Assembly (NCBI GenBank): GCA_021803945.1
Contig: JAJZKW010000004.1
Coordinates: 310-64,309, forward strand
Reading direction: 5' to 3'
Source: Candidatus Micrarchaeota archaeon
GTDB lineage: Archaea; Micrarchaeota; Micrarchaeia; Micrarchaeales; CABMGC01
DNA length: 64,000 nt
Position numbers and translations under genes: made by a program. Shown here one piece after another: positions 17,704 to 27,340 of this stretch. Numbering within the stretch: the first letter of the stretch is position 1; every line of letters starts with the position of its first letter. The notes beneath the pieces were generated by a model. That model saw only the letters and a list, made by a program, of their open reading frames with translations, did no database searches and was not told the origin of the DNA.

Positions 17704-18814
17704 AGATTATTATGAAGTATTAGGTGTGCCGAAGAATGCGTCGGAGGAAGAAATAAAGAAAGCCTATAGAATTATTGCACTAAAATATCACCCTGATAGA
17801 AATCCAGATAAGAATGCAACTGAGATCTTCAAGCAGGCAAATGAGGCCTATGCGGTTCTGAGCGATCCAGAAAAGAGGAAGCAGTATGATGCCTACGGCC
17901 CTGAGGGATTCAGCCAAAGATACACTGCAGACGACATCTTCAGAGGGTCGAATGTGCAGGACATCCTCAGGGAGATGGGCATCAACCTGAATTTTGGGTT
18001 TGGCAACGATGACCTGTTCAGCTCTTTTTTCGGCGGGGCGCAGGGGCAGCAGCACGGGCAGGATGTTCTTTACAGGATGGACGTGACTTTACAAGATGTG
18101 GCAAAAGGCGTTTCTAAAACCATTTCGGTCAGGCATGTTAAGGTATGCGGCATGTGCAGGGGAAACGGAGCCGAACCAGGCACAAGGCAACTGAAATGCG
18201 CAGAGTGCCGCGGATCGGGTTACGTGAATGTCATCAGGAACTCCTTCTTCGGCAGGATACAGACGACGTCAGTATGCCAGAAGTGCATGGGAGAGGGGAA
18301 GGTTTACGAGAAAAAGTGCAGGGAATGCGGTGGCAAGGGAGGGATTGTGGCCAACGAGAGCGTGCAGGTCAACATCCCGCAGGGAATAGGGACGGGAATG
18401 AGGCTCAAGCTTGACAACATGGGCGATTTTGTGAAAGGGGGCGGGAGCGGAGACTTGTATATAGAGATCAAGGAGCTTCCAGACAGGCTGCTGAAGAGGG
18501 AGGGGAACAATATAATCGCAAATGCGAGCGTGCCGTTCTACACTGCAATACTTGGGGGAGAGATATCTGTTCCTTCAATAGATGGTATGAAGACAATCGA
18601 CATCGCCCCTGGAACTGCTCCTGGGACTAGGATAGTGGTGAGAGGAGCCGGAATAAAGAACCTGAACTCCAGTTCGAAGGGAGATGAGATAGTTATAGTG
18701 AACGTCAGCATACCAAAAAGCATTTCTGCGAGCGAACGCGAGCTCATAGAGAGATATAGGGACTGGGAGAGAAAAGCCGGAGGCCACAGCGACAGGAAGT
18801 TCGGCATATTCTGA
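17696..18814 (+). CDS. dnaJ: Co-chaperone DnaJ (type I, with Zn-finger CxxCxGxG repeats)
   Basis: J domain YHPDRNP, a G/F region, and four CxxCxG repeats ([32 protein letters not shown]). Confidence 0.95.
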   Translation: MDKDYYEVLGVPKNASEEEIKKAYRIIALKYHPDRNPDKNATEIFKQANEAYAVLSDPEKRKQYDAYGPEGFSQRYTADDIFRGSNVQDILREMGINLNFGFGNDDLFSSFFGGAQGQQHGQDVLYRMDVTLQDVAKGVSKTISVRHVKVCGMCRGNGAEPGTRQLKCAECRGSGYVNVIRNSFFGRIQTTSVCQKCMGEGKVYEKKCRECGGKGGIVANESVQVNIPQGIGTGMRLKLDNMGDFVKGGGSGDLYIEIKELPDRLLKREGNNIIANASVPFYTAILGGEISVPSIDGMKTIDIAPGTAPGTRIVVRGAGIKNLNSSSKGDEIVIVNVSIPKSISASERELIERYRDWERKAGGHSDRKFGIF

Positions 18815-18853
18815 TCCTGTTAGTTGATGCGCATGCCAGTCATTTCATGCCTG

Positions 18854-19393
18854 TCAGGAGTATTCTGCAGTGAATGTCGCTATCTTCTGCGTCTGCGATC
18901 CGTAGCTTCCTATTGTGTAGTTGAGCCATAGGAATCCGCTGAACTGCCTGCCTAACGACCCAGTTGCTATGTTGCCGCCTTGGGCATAGCAATATACGTA
19001 GAATACGTAGTACGACCCGCTGTAGAAGACGTTTCCTGGAGGGTAGTGCCCGGTTTCGCTGAGAGGCGCAGGATAGAACGTTGTCATTGAATTGACATTG
19101 ACATTGCCATATAATGGAGTGTCATAAGTGTAGTTCTGCTGGTTTGCGCACCCTACCCCATTGATCGTTATCTGCGTTCCGAGGGCCTGCGACATCTTTG
19201 CAGTAAGGACCCCGCTGGTCGAGATCGCTATGAAATTGCAGTTGAAGCCTGGCGGTGCGATGCACGAAGGGGTACGCGGCTGCTGCAGGGCCAGGGCCCC
19301 GACCGCAACAAGGGCCACTGTTATTGTTATGAGCACGAGTCCGTAGGATGCCAGGAAGTCTACAGCTGGTTGAAGTTTGAGATTCCCTGCCAA
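18854..19393 (-). CDS. Class-III-signal (type IV pilin-like) secreted protein
   Basis: The N-terminus MAGNLKLQPAVDFLASYGLVLITITVALVAV fits the archaeal prepilin Q-x-[SA]-x-[ED]-x-L-x-x-YG plus hydrophobic helix pattern. The globular part begins CIAPPGFNC. The TTG start follows the rps2 stop directly. Confidence 0.5.
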   Translation of the reverse strand: MAGNLKLQPAVDFLASYGLVLITITVALVAVGALALQQPRTPSCIAPPGFNCNFIAISTSGVLTAKMSQALGTQITINGVGCANQQNYTYDTPLYGNVNVNSMTTFYPAPLSETGHYPPGNVFYSGSYYVFYVYCYAQGGNIATGSLGRQFSGFLWLNYTIGSYGSQTQKIATFTAEYS

Positions 19394-20008
19394 TTACTTC
19401 GCCTTCATCTCCACTTTGGCCTCAAAGTCGGAGACTTTATAATTAAACTCTTCGTTAGATTTTATTAACCCTTTCTCCTTCAGGTACTCCCTTGCGAGCA
19501 GGAAGTACACAAGGGCCAGGGCCCTCCTGCCCTTGTTGTTGCACGGGATGACAAGGTCCACAAACTTTATCCAGTTGTCCGTGTCGCAGAGCGCCACTAT
19601 GGGCACGTTTGTCGTGCTTGCCTCCTTAACCGCCTGCCTCTCGTTCCTCGTATCGCTTAGTAGCACTATACCTGGCTCCATGAAGTCGCCCCTGTTAGGA
19701 TTGGTGAATATGCCTGGAACAACCCTCCCTGCTATGAGCTGCGACTTTGTAATCTCTGCGAACTTGGAAGCGGCAGCTATGGCATAGATCCTTGACGCGG
19801 TCACGACTATGTCCTTCGGCTCGTACTGCGCAAGGAGCTTCGCCGCCTCCCTTATCTTCTTGTCTATAAGGCCGAGCTCCAGGAGATAAAGGCCGTCTTC
19901 CCTTATCTTGTATATGAACATCTTCATTCCTGGAGTCTTGATCTTTGTTCCTATGTGCGTACCTGCCTCTAGGTATGTAGTCTGATCGATCAACAGTTCG
20001 TTTGCCAT
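19394..20008 (-). CDS. rps2: 30S ribosomal protein S2 (uS2)
   Basis: LLIDQTTYLEAGTHIGTKIKT..., IVVTASRIYA and VPIVALCDTDN are typical uS2. The start is set at Met27 (ATG complement 20008-20006). Confidence 0.9.
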   Translation of the reverse strand: MANELLIDQTTYLEAGTHIGTKIKTPGMKMFIYKIREDGLYLLELGLIDKKIREAAKLLAQYEPKDIVVTASRIYAIAAASKFAEITKSQLIAGRVVPGIFTNPNRGDFMEPGIVLLSDTRNERQAVKEASTTNVPIVALCDTDNWIKFVDLVIPCNNKGRRALALVYFLLAREYLKEKGLIKSNEEFNYKVSDFEAKVEMKAK

Positions 20009-20159
20009 ATAAACACCATTCGGGGTCGCCGAGACTTTCATAAGCGTGGGCTTATTTTGAACTCGGGTCTTATGCTCCCTAAGCACAGAGCCTAACCAAG
20101 CTAGCAGACGACCCCTTCTAATTTATTATACATTGTCTCTTTTTAATGTTTCTGACCAC

Positions 20160-20360
20160 TCATTTCCTGCTGTAATTTATAATGTCATCTATAAGGTCTA
20201 CGTGGCTTATCAGCATCCTCCTGCAGCAGTATCTCTTCACTCCCATCTCCTCGAGCACCTTGTTCGGATCCTCTTTCTTCGCGTTGACCCTTTCATTGAA
20301 CTGCTCCCACTTGTCCCCTACCACTGCTCCGCAGGAGAAGCATCTTATTGGTATCATCAT
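20160..20360 (-). CDS. rpoN: DNA-directed RNA polymerase subunit N (Rpo10)
   Basis: [20 protein letters not shown]...[16 protein letters not shown] is the canonical Zn-binding RpoN/Rpb10 sequence. Confidence 0.9.
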   Translation of the reverse strand: MMIPIRCFSCGAVVGDKWEQFNERVNAKKEDPNKVLEEMGVKRYCCRRMLISHVDLIDDIINYSRK

Positions 20361-20369
20361 TGTATCACA

Positions 20370-20933
20370 TCATCTATATGATTTCTGGAATCTTGCACGG
20401 GCCTTTGGTCCTTTGAACTTCTTCGGCTCCACCCTTCGTGTGTCGTCTATTAGAAGGTTCCTGTCGTATTCCATATAAAAGTTCCTGAGCGAGTCCGGAG
20501 ATGGGGAGGCCTTAAGTATCACCTTTGCTATGGCAGTCCTTACTGCCTGCGCCTGGCCACTGAATCCGCCGCCATAGGCGCTTACCGAGATGTTGGCTCC
20601 GCTCGCTATCTGCTGGGCCACCTTTGTGACTTTTATAGCTTCGAGCATCAGTTCCCTTATCTCCTTCGGCTTTATAAGATTGACATCCACTCCGTTGACC
20701 GTCACCCTTCCGCTGCCTCCAGGTATCAAGGACGCTCTTGCAACAGCCCTCTTTCGCTTGCCCTTGGACAGGATTGGTTTTTTGATTACCGCTTTCTTCT
20801 TTGCTGACTTTGGCCCTCCGGTACCCCTCCTCGAGCTCGGTTTTGCCTGCTGCGGCTTCGGCTGGTACAGAGCGCCTAGCTCCTTGTCAAGGTTTTCCAG
20901 CGCTCCTTTTGGTTCATTTGCCATGCTCTTCAT
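20370..20933 (-). CDS. rps9: 30S ribosomal protein S9 (uS9) with an N-terminal basic extension of about 55 aa
   Basis: GKRKRAVARASL...GGGFSGQAQAVRTAIAKVIL...RRVEPKKFKGPKARARFQKSYR. There is no internal Met before the conserved core, so the extension appears to be real. Confidence 0.9.
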   Translation of the reverse strand: MKSMANEPKGALENLDKELGALYQPKPQQAKPSSRRGTGGPKSAKKKAVIKKPILSKGKRKRAVARASLIPGGSGRVTVNGVDVNLIKPKEIRELMLEAIKVTKVAQQIASGANISVSAYGGGFSGQAQAVRTAIAKVILKASPSPDSLRNFYMEYDRNLLIDDTRRVEPKKFKGPKARARFQKSYR

Positions 20934-21366
20934 CCCTGTCGTACCCTAACTTCTGGGTCAGTTCCTTTATCGTGATCGTGCTTTCGAATATCTCATGCGA
21001 CTTCCTTGACTCTGCATCGAACTCCTTTGCCTTCTTGAGCTCTTCTGGGAATCCCACATAGACCCTGAGCCTCTTGAATGCAGCCTTTCCCCTCGGTTTC
21101 TTGTAGGGCAGCATGCCCCTTACAATCCTCTTGACGAACATGTCAGGCCTCCTGGGCCAGTACGGCGAGTGTTCTGGATTGGCCTTGTCCTTTAGGTCGA
21201 TCAGCCTCTTGTATTTTTCTGTTATGTCCTTCTCGTGGCCGGTGATTATCATCCTTTCAGCGTTGACGACGGCGACAGTATTCTCATTGAGCAATAGCTT
21301 TGCGGCCTGGCTCGCTACCCTTCCAAGCACCTTGTCTGTTCCGTCTATCAGGTATTCCATGGGCAT
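20914..21366 (-). CDS. rpl13: 50S ribosomal protein L13 (uL13)
   Basis: IDGTDKVLGRVASQAAKLLLNENTVAVVNAERMIITG...RIVRGMLPYKKPRGKAAFKRLRVYVG. Confidence 0.9.
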   Translation of the reverse strand: MPMEYLIDGTDKVLGRVASQAAKLLLNENTVAVVNAERMIITGHEKDITEKYKRLIDLKDKANPEHSPYWPRRPDMFVKRIVRGMLPYKKPRGKAAFKRLRVYVGFPEELKKAKEFDAESRKSHEIFESTITIKELTQKLGYDRDEEHGK

Positions 21367-21710
21367 CAGATTATTATCCTTGAATTCTTGTCAGCTAGCA
21401 TCTCCTCTATCCTGACTACGCTGCATTTCGAATCCTTCAGCTTCTGCGCTGCGCTCTCCGAGAAGTCTATGGCCGATATGCTTATCCTCTTGCTCATAGA
21501 CCCCGAGCCCAGCACCTTGCCAGGCACTATTATACTCTCGCTCTCCTTTACCAGCTTGTCCAGCCTGCGCAGGTTTATGTTTGGCCTGCTCCTCTTTGGC
21601 TTCGAAGCCAGCTTCAGGAGGTATGCGACCTTCTTCGAATTGGCCGACTCTGACCTGGCCTTCTCTAACGCATGGATCCAGCCGCGTACGTTTGCGTTTT
21701 CAACCTTCAT
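21366..21710 (-). CDS. rpl18e: 50S ribosomal protein L18e
   Basis: PNINLRRLDKL...IIVPGKVLGSGSMSKRISISAIDFSESAAQKL. The start is set at MKVEN (ATG complement 21710-21708) so that it does not overlap tRNA-Leu. The TGA shares one base with the L13 ATG. Confidence 0.75.
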   Translation of the reverse strand: MKVENANVRGWIHALEKARSESANSKKVAYLLKLASKPKRSRPNINLRRLDKLVKESESIIVPGKVLGSGSMSKRISISAIDFSESAAQKLKDSKCSVVRIEEMLADKNSRIII

Positions 21711-21727
21711 TACATCACTTTTTCGCT

Positions 21728-21814
21728 TGCAGGGGGTGAGATTTGAACTCACGCAAGCACTAAAGCTACTGACCCCTCAAGCCAGCGCATTTGACCAAGC
21801 TCTGCCACCCCTGC
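21728..21814 (-). tRNA. tRNA-Leu (anticodon GAG), long variable arm, no intron, CCA not encoded
   Basis: Reverse complement GCAGGGGTGGCAGAGCTTGGTCAAATGCGCTGGCTTGAGGGGTCAGTAGCTTTAGTGCTTGCGTGAGTTCAAATCTCACCCCCTGCA. It has a 7-bp acceptor, anticodon stem CTGGC/GTCAG, loop TTGAGGG and T-loop GTTCAAATC. Confidence 0.9.
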
Positions 21815-21822
21815 ATGTAGGG

Positions 21823-22389
21823 TCATTTAATCTCCTTACTTACCTCTTTCAAGCTATTGCTTATTATATTTAGTGCCCGGTGCACTATCTCCAATGGCGT
21901 CATCTGGCCAAAAGTCTCAACATAAAACTCAAACTTGTCGTCGCCTATTGCCTTGTACGTCACGAGGCCGGCCTGGAACTTCGAACTCTTCATGGCATTT
22001 CTGAATATGGCCTTTCCGTCAACCTTGATCGTTTGCCCCTGGGCCAGCTTGATTATCGGTATGTTCTCGTTGGCCACCTTTATCCCTTTAGCCGTGCTTT
22101 CCAGCTCCTTTGACATGACTGTGGAAGGGCCTTCTGCCGAGAGAGAGAACACCACTTCGTCCTTCTCGTCGTAGTCCTTGGGCGTGTGTATTGGCACAAG
22201 GCCTATCCTGTGCGCTATGTACTCGTCGAACATCGCGCTCGAATTCTCGTAGAACGTCACCTTGTCTATCGCCAGGGTGCCTACTCCGTTTATCATCGAC
22301 CTCCTGAGCGCATTCGCAAACGAGAAGTTTGTGCCTTCAAGCCTGAAGCTCACTGACTTCTCGTTGCTTTCAAGGATGGACAGTTTCAT
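21823..22389 (-). CDS. rpoD: DNA-directed RNA polymerase subunit D (Rpo3), short Cys-free form
   Basis: FSFANALRRSMINGVGTLAIDKVTFYENSSAMFDEYIAHRIGLVPI is the Rpo3/RpoA-like dimerisation domain. It is only 188 aa with no cysteines, so the Fe-S/domain-3 insertion is absent. Confidence 0.8.
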   Translation of the reverse strand: MKLSILESNEKSVSFRLEGTNFSFANALRRSMINGVGTLAIDKVTFYENSSAMFDEYIAHRIGLVPIHTPKDYDEKDEVVFSLSAEGPSTVMSKELESTAKGIKVANENIPIIKLAQGQTIKVDGKAIFRNAMKSSKFQAGLVTYKAIGDDKFEFYVETFGQMTPLEIVHRALNIISNSLKEVSKEIK

Positions 22390-22485
22390 GTTAAATATTC
22401 CTCCTAAAACTAGCTATTAGCAGAATTGATTTAGATGTCAATATTTATAAACTTTGGCAAGAAGTGGCACTGCGGATGCGTCTGC

Positions 22486-23430
22486 CTAGCCGACGGCTTG
22501 CACCGTGGCGGTTGCCACTTCCTTGGAATAGAATGCTCCTCCTGCATTGAGCTGATACCTTGCCCATATTGCCCCTGAAGCGGAGCCTCCCGAAGGTACG
22601 CTTACATACAGCTGAACAGACACTGTCTGGCCGCTCTGAAGTCCAGCAGCAACGCTGTGTGTAGAGCTGGAGTTGAACGAAGGCTGGGAGATTCCCGTCG
22701 GCACGAACTGGAATGCAGCATATGTCCAGTTCACTCCTGTGTCCTGCGCAAGCATAAACGTTGCATTGCCTGTTGAAGGGTTAAACGATGCTCCTGAGCA
22801 CACGAACCCTGCTTCTGGCAGGCAGGAACTGAAGTGAGGTGAACTGCCGAGCGTGCTTCCTAATATGCCCAACGCGAAGAACGCGACAAGAAGAACCACG
22901 ATAACCCCTATTATTATGGCGGAGAGGAGGACTACAAGGAACGCTTTTAGCTTCGTGGTGTTTTGCTGGTTTGAAAGCGCTGCTGAAAGGATGTAGATTG
23001 ACCACAAAGACACTAGGGACGCCAGGAGCCCGATTATCGGTATTGGGAGGAGCCATAGCAGCAATAAAGGCAGGAAGGAGGAAAACGTTACTGCGGTGAA
23101 TGTGTTTCTGTATCCGTTCTTGAAGATGCCAAGGACCTTGCCCACTGCGTGGTAAATTGCTGAGTCTATAGCTATGCCTATTGGTATGAACACCAGGACG
23201 TATGCGGCGGCAAATATTGCTGCGAGCACGGCCCCGTATCCAAGAAGGAATGGAAACACTGCTGAAAGCAGGCTGCTGGCGATGAGCGCCATCATGACTG
23301 CCAGTATGAGTGGTATTATAGAGAACTTGTAATACATCCTTAGAGCGTCTCCTGCGCTCATGCTTGCCTTGGTTGTAGTGGCTGGATGCAGGATTACGTC
23401 TATGCCTTCCTTGAAATCGTCCAAAATCAT
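22486..23430 (-). CDS. Yip1-like polytopic membrane domain fused to a C-terminal pilin-type globular domain
   Basis: The N-terminus MILDDFKEGIDVILHPATTTKASMSAGDALRMYYKFSIIPLILAV plus 5 TM is paralogous to 34398 and 35154. The C-terminal ~115 aa start CLPEAGFVC and resemble the globular part of 18854. Confidence 0.5.
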   Translation of the reverse strand: MILDDFKEGIDVILHPATTTKASMSAGDALRMYYKFSIIPLILAVMMALIASSLLSAVFPFLLGYGAVLAAIFAAAYVLVFIPIGIAIDSAIYHAVGKVLGIFKNGYRNTFTAVTFSSFLPLLLLWLLPIPIIGLLASLVSLWSIYILSAALSNQQNTTKLKAFLVVLLSAIIIGVIVVLLVAFFALGILGSTLGSSPHFSSCLPEAGFVCSGASFNPSTGNATFMLAQDTGVNWTYAAFQFVPTGISQPSFNSSSTHSVAAGLQSGQTVSVQLYVSVPSGGSASGAIWARYQLNAGGAFYSKEVATATVQAVG

Positions 23431-23584
23431 CGTAATCCAAACAGATATGCTGATAGCAAGCTTTTAAACATGATGCTTATGACGCCTTGTGTGGCTTTTG
23501 TTAGCGTGGTTTCAGAACTACCATGAAAATCCTGAATTCCTTCCATAAATCTACAAAAGCCTTTTTATAATATAGAGGGCCTTT

Positions 23585-24496
23585 ATGATAGATGACATGA
23601 TTCAAAAAAACCCTGGGGCAATGCGTGTTTTGGCTACGCTGGCAGTCCTTATTGTGGTTTTCGGGTCGGTCGCACTGGCCGCATTGAGATTTGGGTTGGT
23701 GCCAGTGGATTATTTGTCTGTATTTTACGGTTTTGTCGCTCTTGTTGCTGGGATTTTAATAACAACGTTCGCTTCTAAGGTAATCTATGACTGGATGGCA
23801 AAATTTTCAAACCAGCAGAATGCGGCGTCGCTTAGTTTTATAATAAAAATAATAGGATATGCATTGACGTTTATAATCTTCTTTTCGTATTTTAAGATTA
23901 GCGTGACCACGGCGCTTGCTGCTGGAGGCTTTTCTGGATTGATACTTGGATTGGCATCCCAGAATGTCCTGTCAAACCTTTTTGGGGGAGTAATGCTCCT
24001 TAGTACTAGGCCATTTAAGGTTAATGACAGGATAACCATATCCACCTGGCAATACGGCCTCGACGCTCCGGCATATCCGCCAAAATTCTGGTCGAATGAT
24101 TTTATAATTCCAGGCTACACGGGGGTAGTGAAAAACATATCGCTCATATACACATACTTGGTTACAGATGATAATGTTCCTTTAAGGATACCAAACAGTG
24201 TGTTGGTGCAGGCGGCAATATTCGTCCAAAGCGGGAGCGATGCGCGGTTAGTAAGGACAAAATATGAAATACCTAAGAGCGTTGATCCTGGCGATGCTAT
24301 CAAAAGCATAAAGAAAGGCCTTGGAGAGCTTAAATTTATAAAAGAGGCGCCAACGATAAAGATACTTGAGTCGACGCTTAGCACATACATTATTGTGATA
24401 GATGCGTTATGCAAAGGACAGAATGAGGAAGCGCCAAGGAGCGATATAATAAGGGTGACGATGAAGGCTGTGAATAGACTGATGGAGAAGAAATAA
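23585..24496 (+). CDS. mscS: Small-conductance mechanosensitive channel (MscS family)
   Basis: Three N-terminal TM, then the pore helix and beta domain LASQNVLSNLFGGVMLLSTRPFKVNDRITI. Confidence 0.8.
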   Translation: MIDDMIQKNPGAMRVLATLAVLIVVFGSVALAALRFGLVPVDYLSVFYGFVALVAGILITTFASKVIYDWMAKFSNQQNAASLSFIIKIIGYALTFIIFFSYFKISVTTALAAGGFSGLILGLASQNVLSNLFGGVMLLSTRPFKVNDRITISTWQYGLDAPAYPPKFWSNDFIIPGYTGVVKNISLIYTYLVTDDNVPLRIPNSVLVQAAIFVQSGSDARLVRTKYEIPKSVDPGDAIKSIKKGLGELKFIKEAPTIKILESTLSTYIIVIDALCKGQNEEAPRSDIIRVTMKAVNRLMEKK

Positions 24497-24648
24497 GTAG
24501 CATATCTAAACAACAATTGCTCGCTGAGCTGCGGCAAAAAGCGCCAATGGCCCTGTTTGCCTTGTATGCAGGTATTGCTTAGTGGCCGATTGACATCCTA
24601 TTTTTATGTTTTGCCAGCACTATTTGAGGCATAGGAGGGTGTATTCTG

Positions 24649-25233
24649 GTGGATCTTTGGAACTCTTACAAGGAGCGCGCGTTGGGAGATTATGCCGCTT
24701 CCGCATTTAAGCTGAATACTGGGGAGAGAAAACATACATCTCTGAATATGGTTGCGGGGAAAGCGCGTGAGCTGGAGATGAATACTGCTTTCTTCCAGCA
24801 TTATGACGAATCCAGCAGGTATGTGACTGTGAAGGACCTGACTTATGACCTTTTGCTCACGGTGTATGACGTGAATACACGCAGCACTATGGCGGCAAGG
24901 ATAACAAGGGAACTTGGCAAGAATGACTGGGAAAGGCTGCTCTCTCCTGTCAAAAAGGTGAGGCACCCGAATTTCGAAATGAGGATTATAGGACTGCAGA
25001 ACAATTTCGTTGCGCCGTTGTCTGGGCTCGACATGTTTTACAAGGTCCTTGGGGGGATGCTCATGGAAGTGGACCTGTTCGGTAATAACGTGCGGCATAT
25101 AGCATTTGACACGAAGACAGGGATGCCATACGACCTTCTCCTTGAGAATAGGCTTTATAGGCCTGGTGAGCTTGTCTGCAAGATCAGCAGGGAGGACTTT
25201 TCAAGCAGGGAAGGTCAGCTTCTTTTCGTATAG
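24649..25233 (+). CDS. Hypothetical protein (194 aa)
   Basis: GTG start preceded by GGAGGG 10 nt upstream. No family recognised. The 3' end overlaps the convergent ligT-like gene by 33 nt. Confidence 0.4.
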   Translation: MDLWNSYKERALGDYAASAFKLNTGERKHTSLNMVAGKARELEMNTAFFQHYDESSRYVTVKDLTYDLLLTVYDVNTRSTMAARITRELGKNDWERLLSPVKKVRHPNFEMRIIGLQNNFVAPLSGLDMFYKVLGGMLMEVDLFGNNVRHIAFDTKTGMPYDLLLENRLYRPGELVCKISREDFSSREGQLLFV

Positions 25234-25749
25234 TGCAACGTACTCCGAGCCTCCGCTTGACAGGTAGCTTTTGTATACAGAGATGGAGCTGGCGACGAAG
25301 GACCCGAATTCATCCACTGAATGGGCATTTATGAAGTCGTCTGTTTCGGGTTTCTGCACCGACTTCATCCTCCCTATAGTTATGTGGGGGGTGTATCTGT
25401 TTTCCGCTTTGGTTTTGATCCCTTCGGCAGCCAACGCGTTACTTAGGCCATTGTGAATGCTGAAGATGTTTCCTTTGTCTATTACGTTGGCGAAGACCAC
25501 GCGTGCGATCCCTCTGCTTTTGAAGCAGGATATGCCCTTAATCCGTGCCGTGAACTGCGACTCTTTGATTGACCTGACTGCGCCTATTGCCTTTGCAAGC
25601 GCGTCTTCGTCAATTTCGCCCAGAAACTGGAGAGTTATGTGAAGATTGGGCTCTGCCACCCTGGACATCCGGCCCGGCACCAGGCCTCCTGTTTCGAAGA
25701 GCCTCTTCTTTATTTCTCCTGGGAGTCCTATGGCTATGAAAACCCGCAT
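25201..25749 (-). CDS. thpR: 2H phosphoesterase (RNA 2',3'-cyclic phosphodiesterase / 2'-5' RNA ligase, LigT/ThpR family)
   Basis: Two HxT/S motifs at the expected spacing: LHITLQFLG and PHITIGR. Confidence 0.8.
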   Translation of the reverse strand: MRVFIAIGLPGEIKKRLFETGGLVPGRMSRVAEPNLHITLQFLGEIDEDALAKAIGAVRSIKESQFTARIKGISCFKSRGIARVVFANVIDKGNIFSIHNGLSNALAAEGIKTKAENRYTPHITIGRMKSVQKPETDDFINAHSVDEFGSFVASSISVYKSYLSSGGSEYVALYEKKLTFPA

Positions 25750-25788
25750 ACAATATATAGTTAATCTCTTTAACTTATTTGTGCTTTC

Positions 25789-26118
25789 ATGATCAACATC
25801 GAGGCTTTTTCTGAGGTTGACATAAGGATAGGGAAGATTGTTGAGGCGGAAGTCCTCGAAAAGGCCAGGAAGCCCATGTACAGGCTTGTAGTGGATTTCG
25901 GGGCAGACATAGGAAAAAAGAGAATAGTGGCAGGCATAAGGGATTATTATTCGGGAGAGGACCTGGTCAATAAAAAGGTCGCATGCGTGGTCAATCTCAG
26001 CCCTAAGGTCATCGCGGGCGAGGAATCCGAGGGGATGATACTTGCTGCAGGAGAAGGAGAGGCGCTTGCCCTGCTAGTGCCGGACAAGGAAATTGCGGAA
26101 GGCTCAAGAGTGCACTGA
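25789..26118 (+). CDS. tRNA-binding domain protein (CsaA/Trbp111-like OB fold)
   Basis: VDIRIGKIVEAEVLEKARKPMYRLVVDFG...VACVVNLSPKVIAGEESEGMILAA is the typical tRNA_bind pattern. Confidence 0.8.
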   Translation: MINIEAFSEVDIRIGKIVEAEVLEKARKPMYRLVVDFGADIGKKRIVAGIRDYYSGEDLVNKKVACVVNLSPKVIAGEESEGMILAAGEGEALALLVPDKEIAEGSRVH

Positions 26119-26125
26119 TGGTTTT

Positions 26126-26719
26126 ATGGCTAAGAAGCATGTCGTACTCATGGTGGTCGGACTCCCGGGATCAGGGAAGAGCATTACTGCCAAGATGCTT
26201 GAAAGGAGAGGTTTCGAGGTGATAGAGCTTGGAGACATCTGGAGGGAACTGCTTAAGAAGAACAACATATCCAGGTTCGATCCCATCGCTACGAGGGAGT
26301 TTACGAGGAAGGTGAGGCAGAGGTTCGGAAAGGATATATACGCAAAATATGCGTTCAGGAAGATACAGAAGAAGAGGAAGAAGATAGCGATAATGGGCGT
26401 CAGGAGCACTTATGAGATGGATTACCTTAGAAAAAGGATAAAACACATAAACATAATAGCCCTCCTTGCCCCGATGAGTGTGCGTTTCGGGAGACTGAAG
26501 GCCCGCGGCAAGCCAGAGGACCCGAAGGACCTGAAAGGCTTCAAGTGGCTTGAGACCAGGGAGAAGAGGGGATTTATGAAGGCGAGGTCTGAGGAGAAGC
26601 ACGGGATAATGCACATAATAAAAGAGGCGGACTTCGTAATAGCCAATACCTCAACCATGGCGAACCTCGACAGTAACATTACAAAGATGCTGAAGGAAAT
26701 AGAAAGGAAGAACCCATAG
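26126..26719 (+). CDS. P-loop nucleotide kinase-like protein (archaeal UPF0200 / dephospho-CoA-kinase-like family)
   Basis: P-loop VVGLPGSGKS, ...GDIWRE..., IMGVRSTYEMDYLR and RFGRLKARGKPEDPKDLKGFKWLETRE match my memory of the UPF0200 layout. ATG at 26126. Confidence 0.55.
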   Translation: MAKKHVVLMVVGLPGSGKSITAKMLERRGFEVIELGDIWRELLKKNNISRFDPIATREFTRKVRQRFGKDIYAKYAFRKIQKKRKKIAIMGVRSTYEMDYLRKRIKHINIIALLAPMSVRFGRLKARGKPEDPKDLKGFKWLETREKRGFMKARSEEKHGIMHIIKEADFVIANTSTMANLDSNITKMLKEIERKNP

Positions 26720-26793
26720 GAATGAAGGCCTTGCAGACTTGGCTTTGGCACACTGCCAGGCAGGCCCTTATCGCGTATATCATTTTTCGAGAC

Positions 26794-27126
26794 CTATATT
26801 CCCACCTGGGCAGAGACAATGCGGTGGTACTGCCTGTGGTCCACGTCCATTATCTTGCTCCTTATCACCTTCATGCCGAATTCCGTCAGAGATAGCGGCC
26901 TTGGCTGTTCCCCCTTCTCTGTGAAGTCTAATGCGCCTTCTTTTTTGAGTTTCTTAAGCGTGTACCATATCCCGCTCTGCGACACCTGATACTTTTCCGC
27001 CATGGATTCGACGAAGTCTGTGGCCGTAGGGATCAGGTTCAGCCCTATTTCATACAGGACTGTCAGCTCCTTGTCAGTGACTCTGAGCTGTCCGACATTT
27101 TCAATACTACTAGTTTGTATAGGCAT
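26794..27126 (-). CDS. Small winged-helix transcription regulator (MarR/TrmB-like)
   Basis: DKELTVLYEIGLNLIPTATDFVESMAEKYQVSQSGIWYTLKKLKKEGALDF. The start is set at Met22 (ATG complement 27126-27124). Confidence 0.5.
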   Translation of the reverse strand: MPIQTSSIENVGQLRVTDKELTVLYEIGLNLIPTATDFVESMAEKYQVSQSGIWYTLKKLKKEGALDFTEKGEQPRPLSLTEFGMKVIRSKIMDVDHRQYHRIVSAQVGI

Positions 27127-27340
27127 AAGAGCACCACGAAAAAAAGATTTTTGTTTTGCTGCCCTTATGCAACAAAAAGGTAGTTGCATGTTGTGTGCTT
27201 ATTTATGTAATTTGAGTTTCCTATGAATAGAGCTAGGGCTGGCATAAAGCACTGCCATGTCATATCCTCTAGCTTTTCCTGCATAAGCGACACTTTCATA
27301 GTTGATGATTCATGTCACCTATTTAAATCTTTTCTGCAGA

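Noticed and set aside
24649-25233. Weak resemblance of the C-terminal half (EVDLFGNNVRHIAFDTKTG) to the CheD deamidase C-terminus.
   Set aside because: There is no catalytic Cys/His context, no chemotaxis genes nearby, and the similarity is limited to a short pattern. The gene is left as hypothetical.
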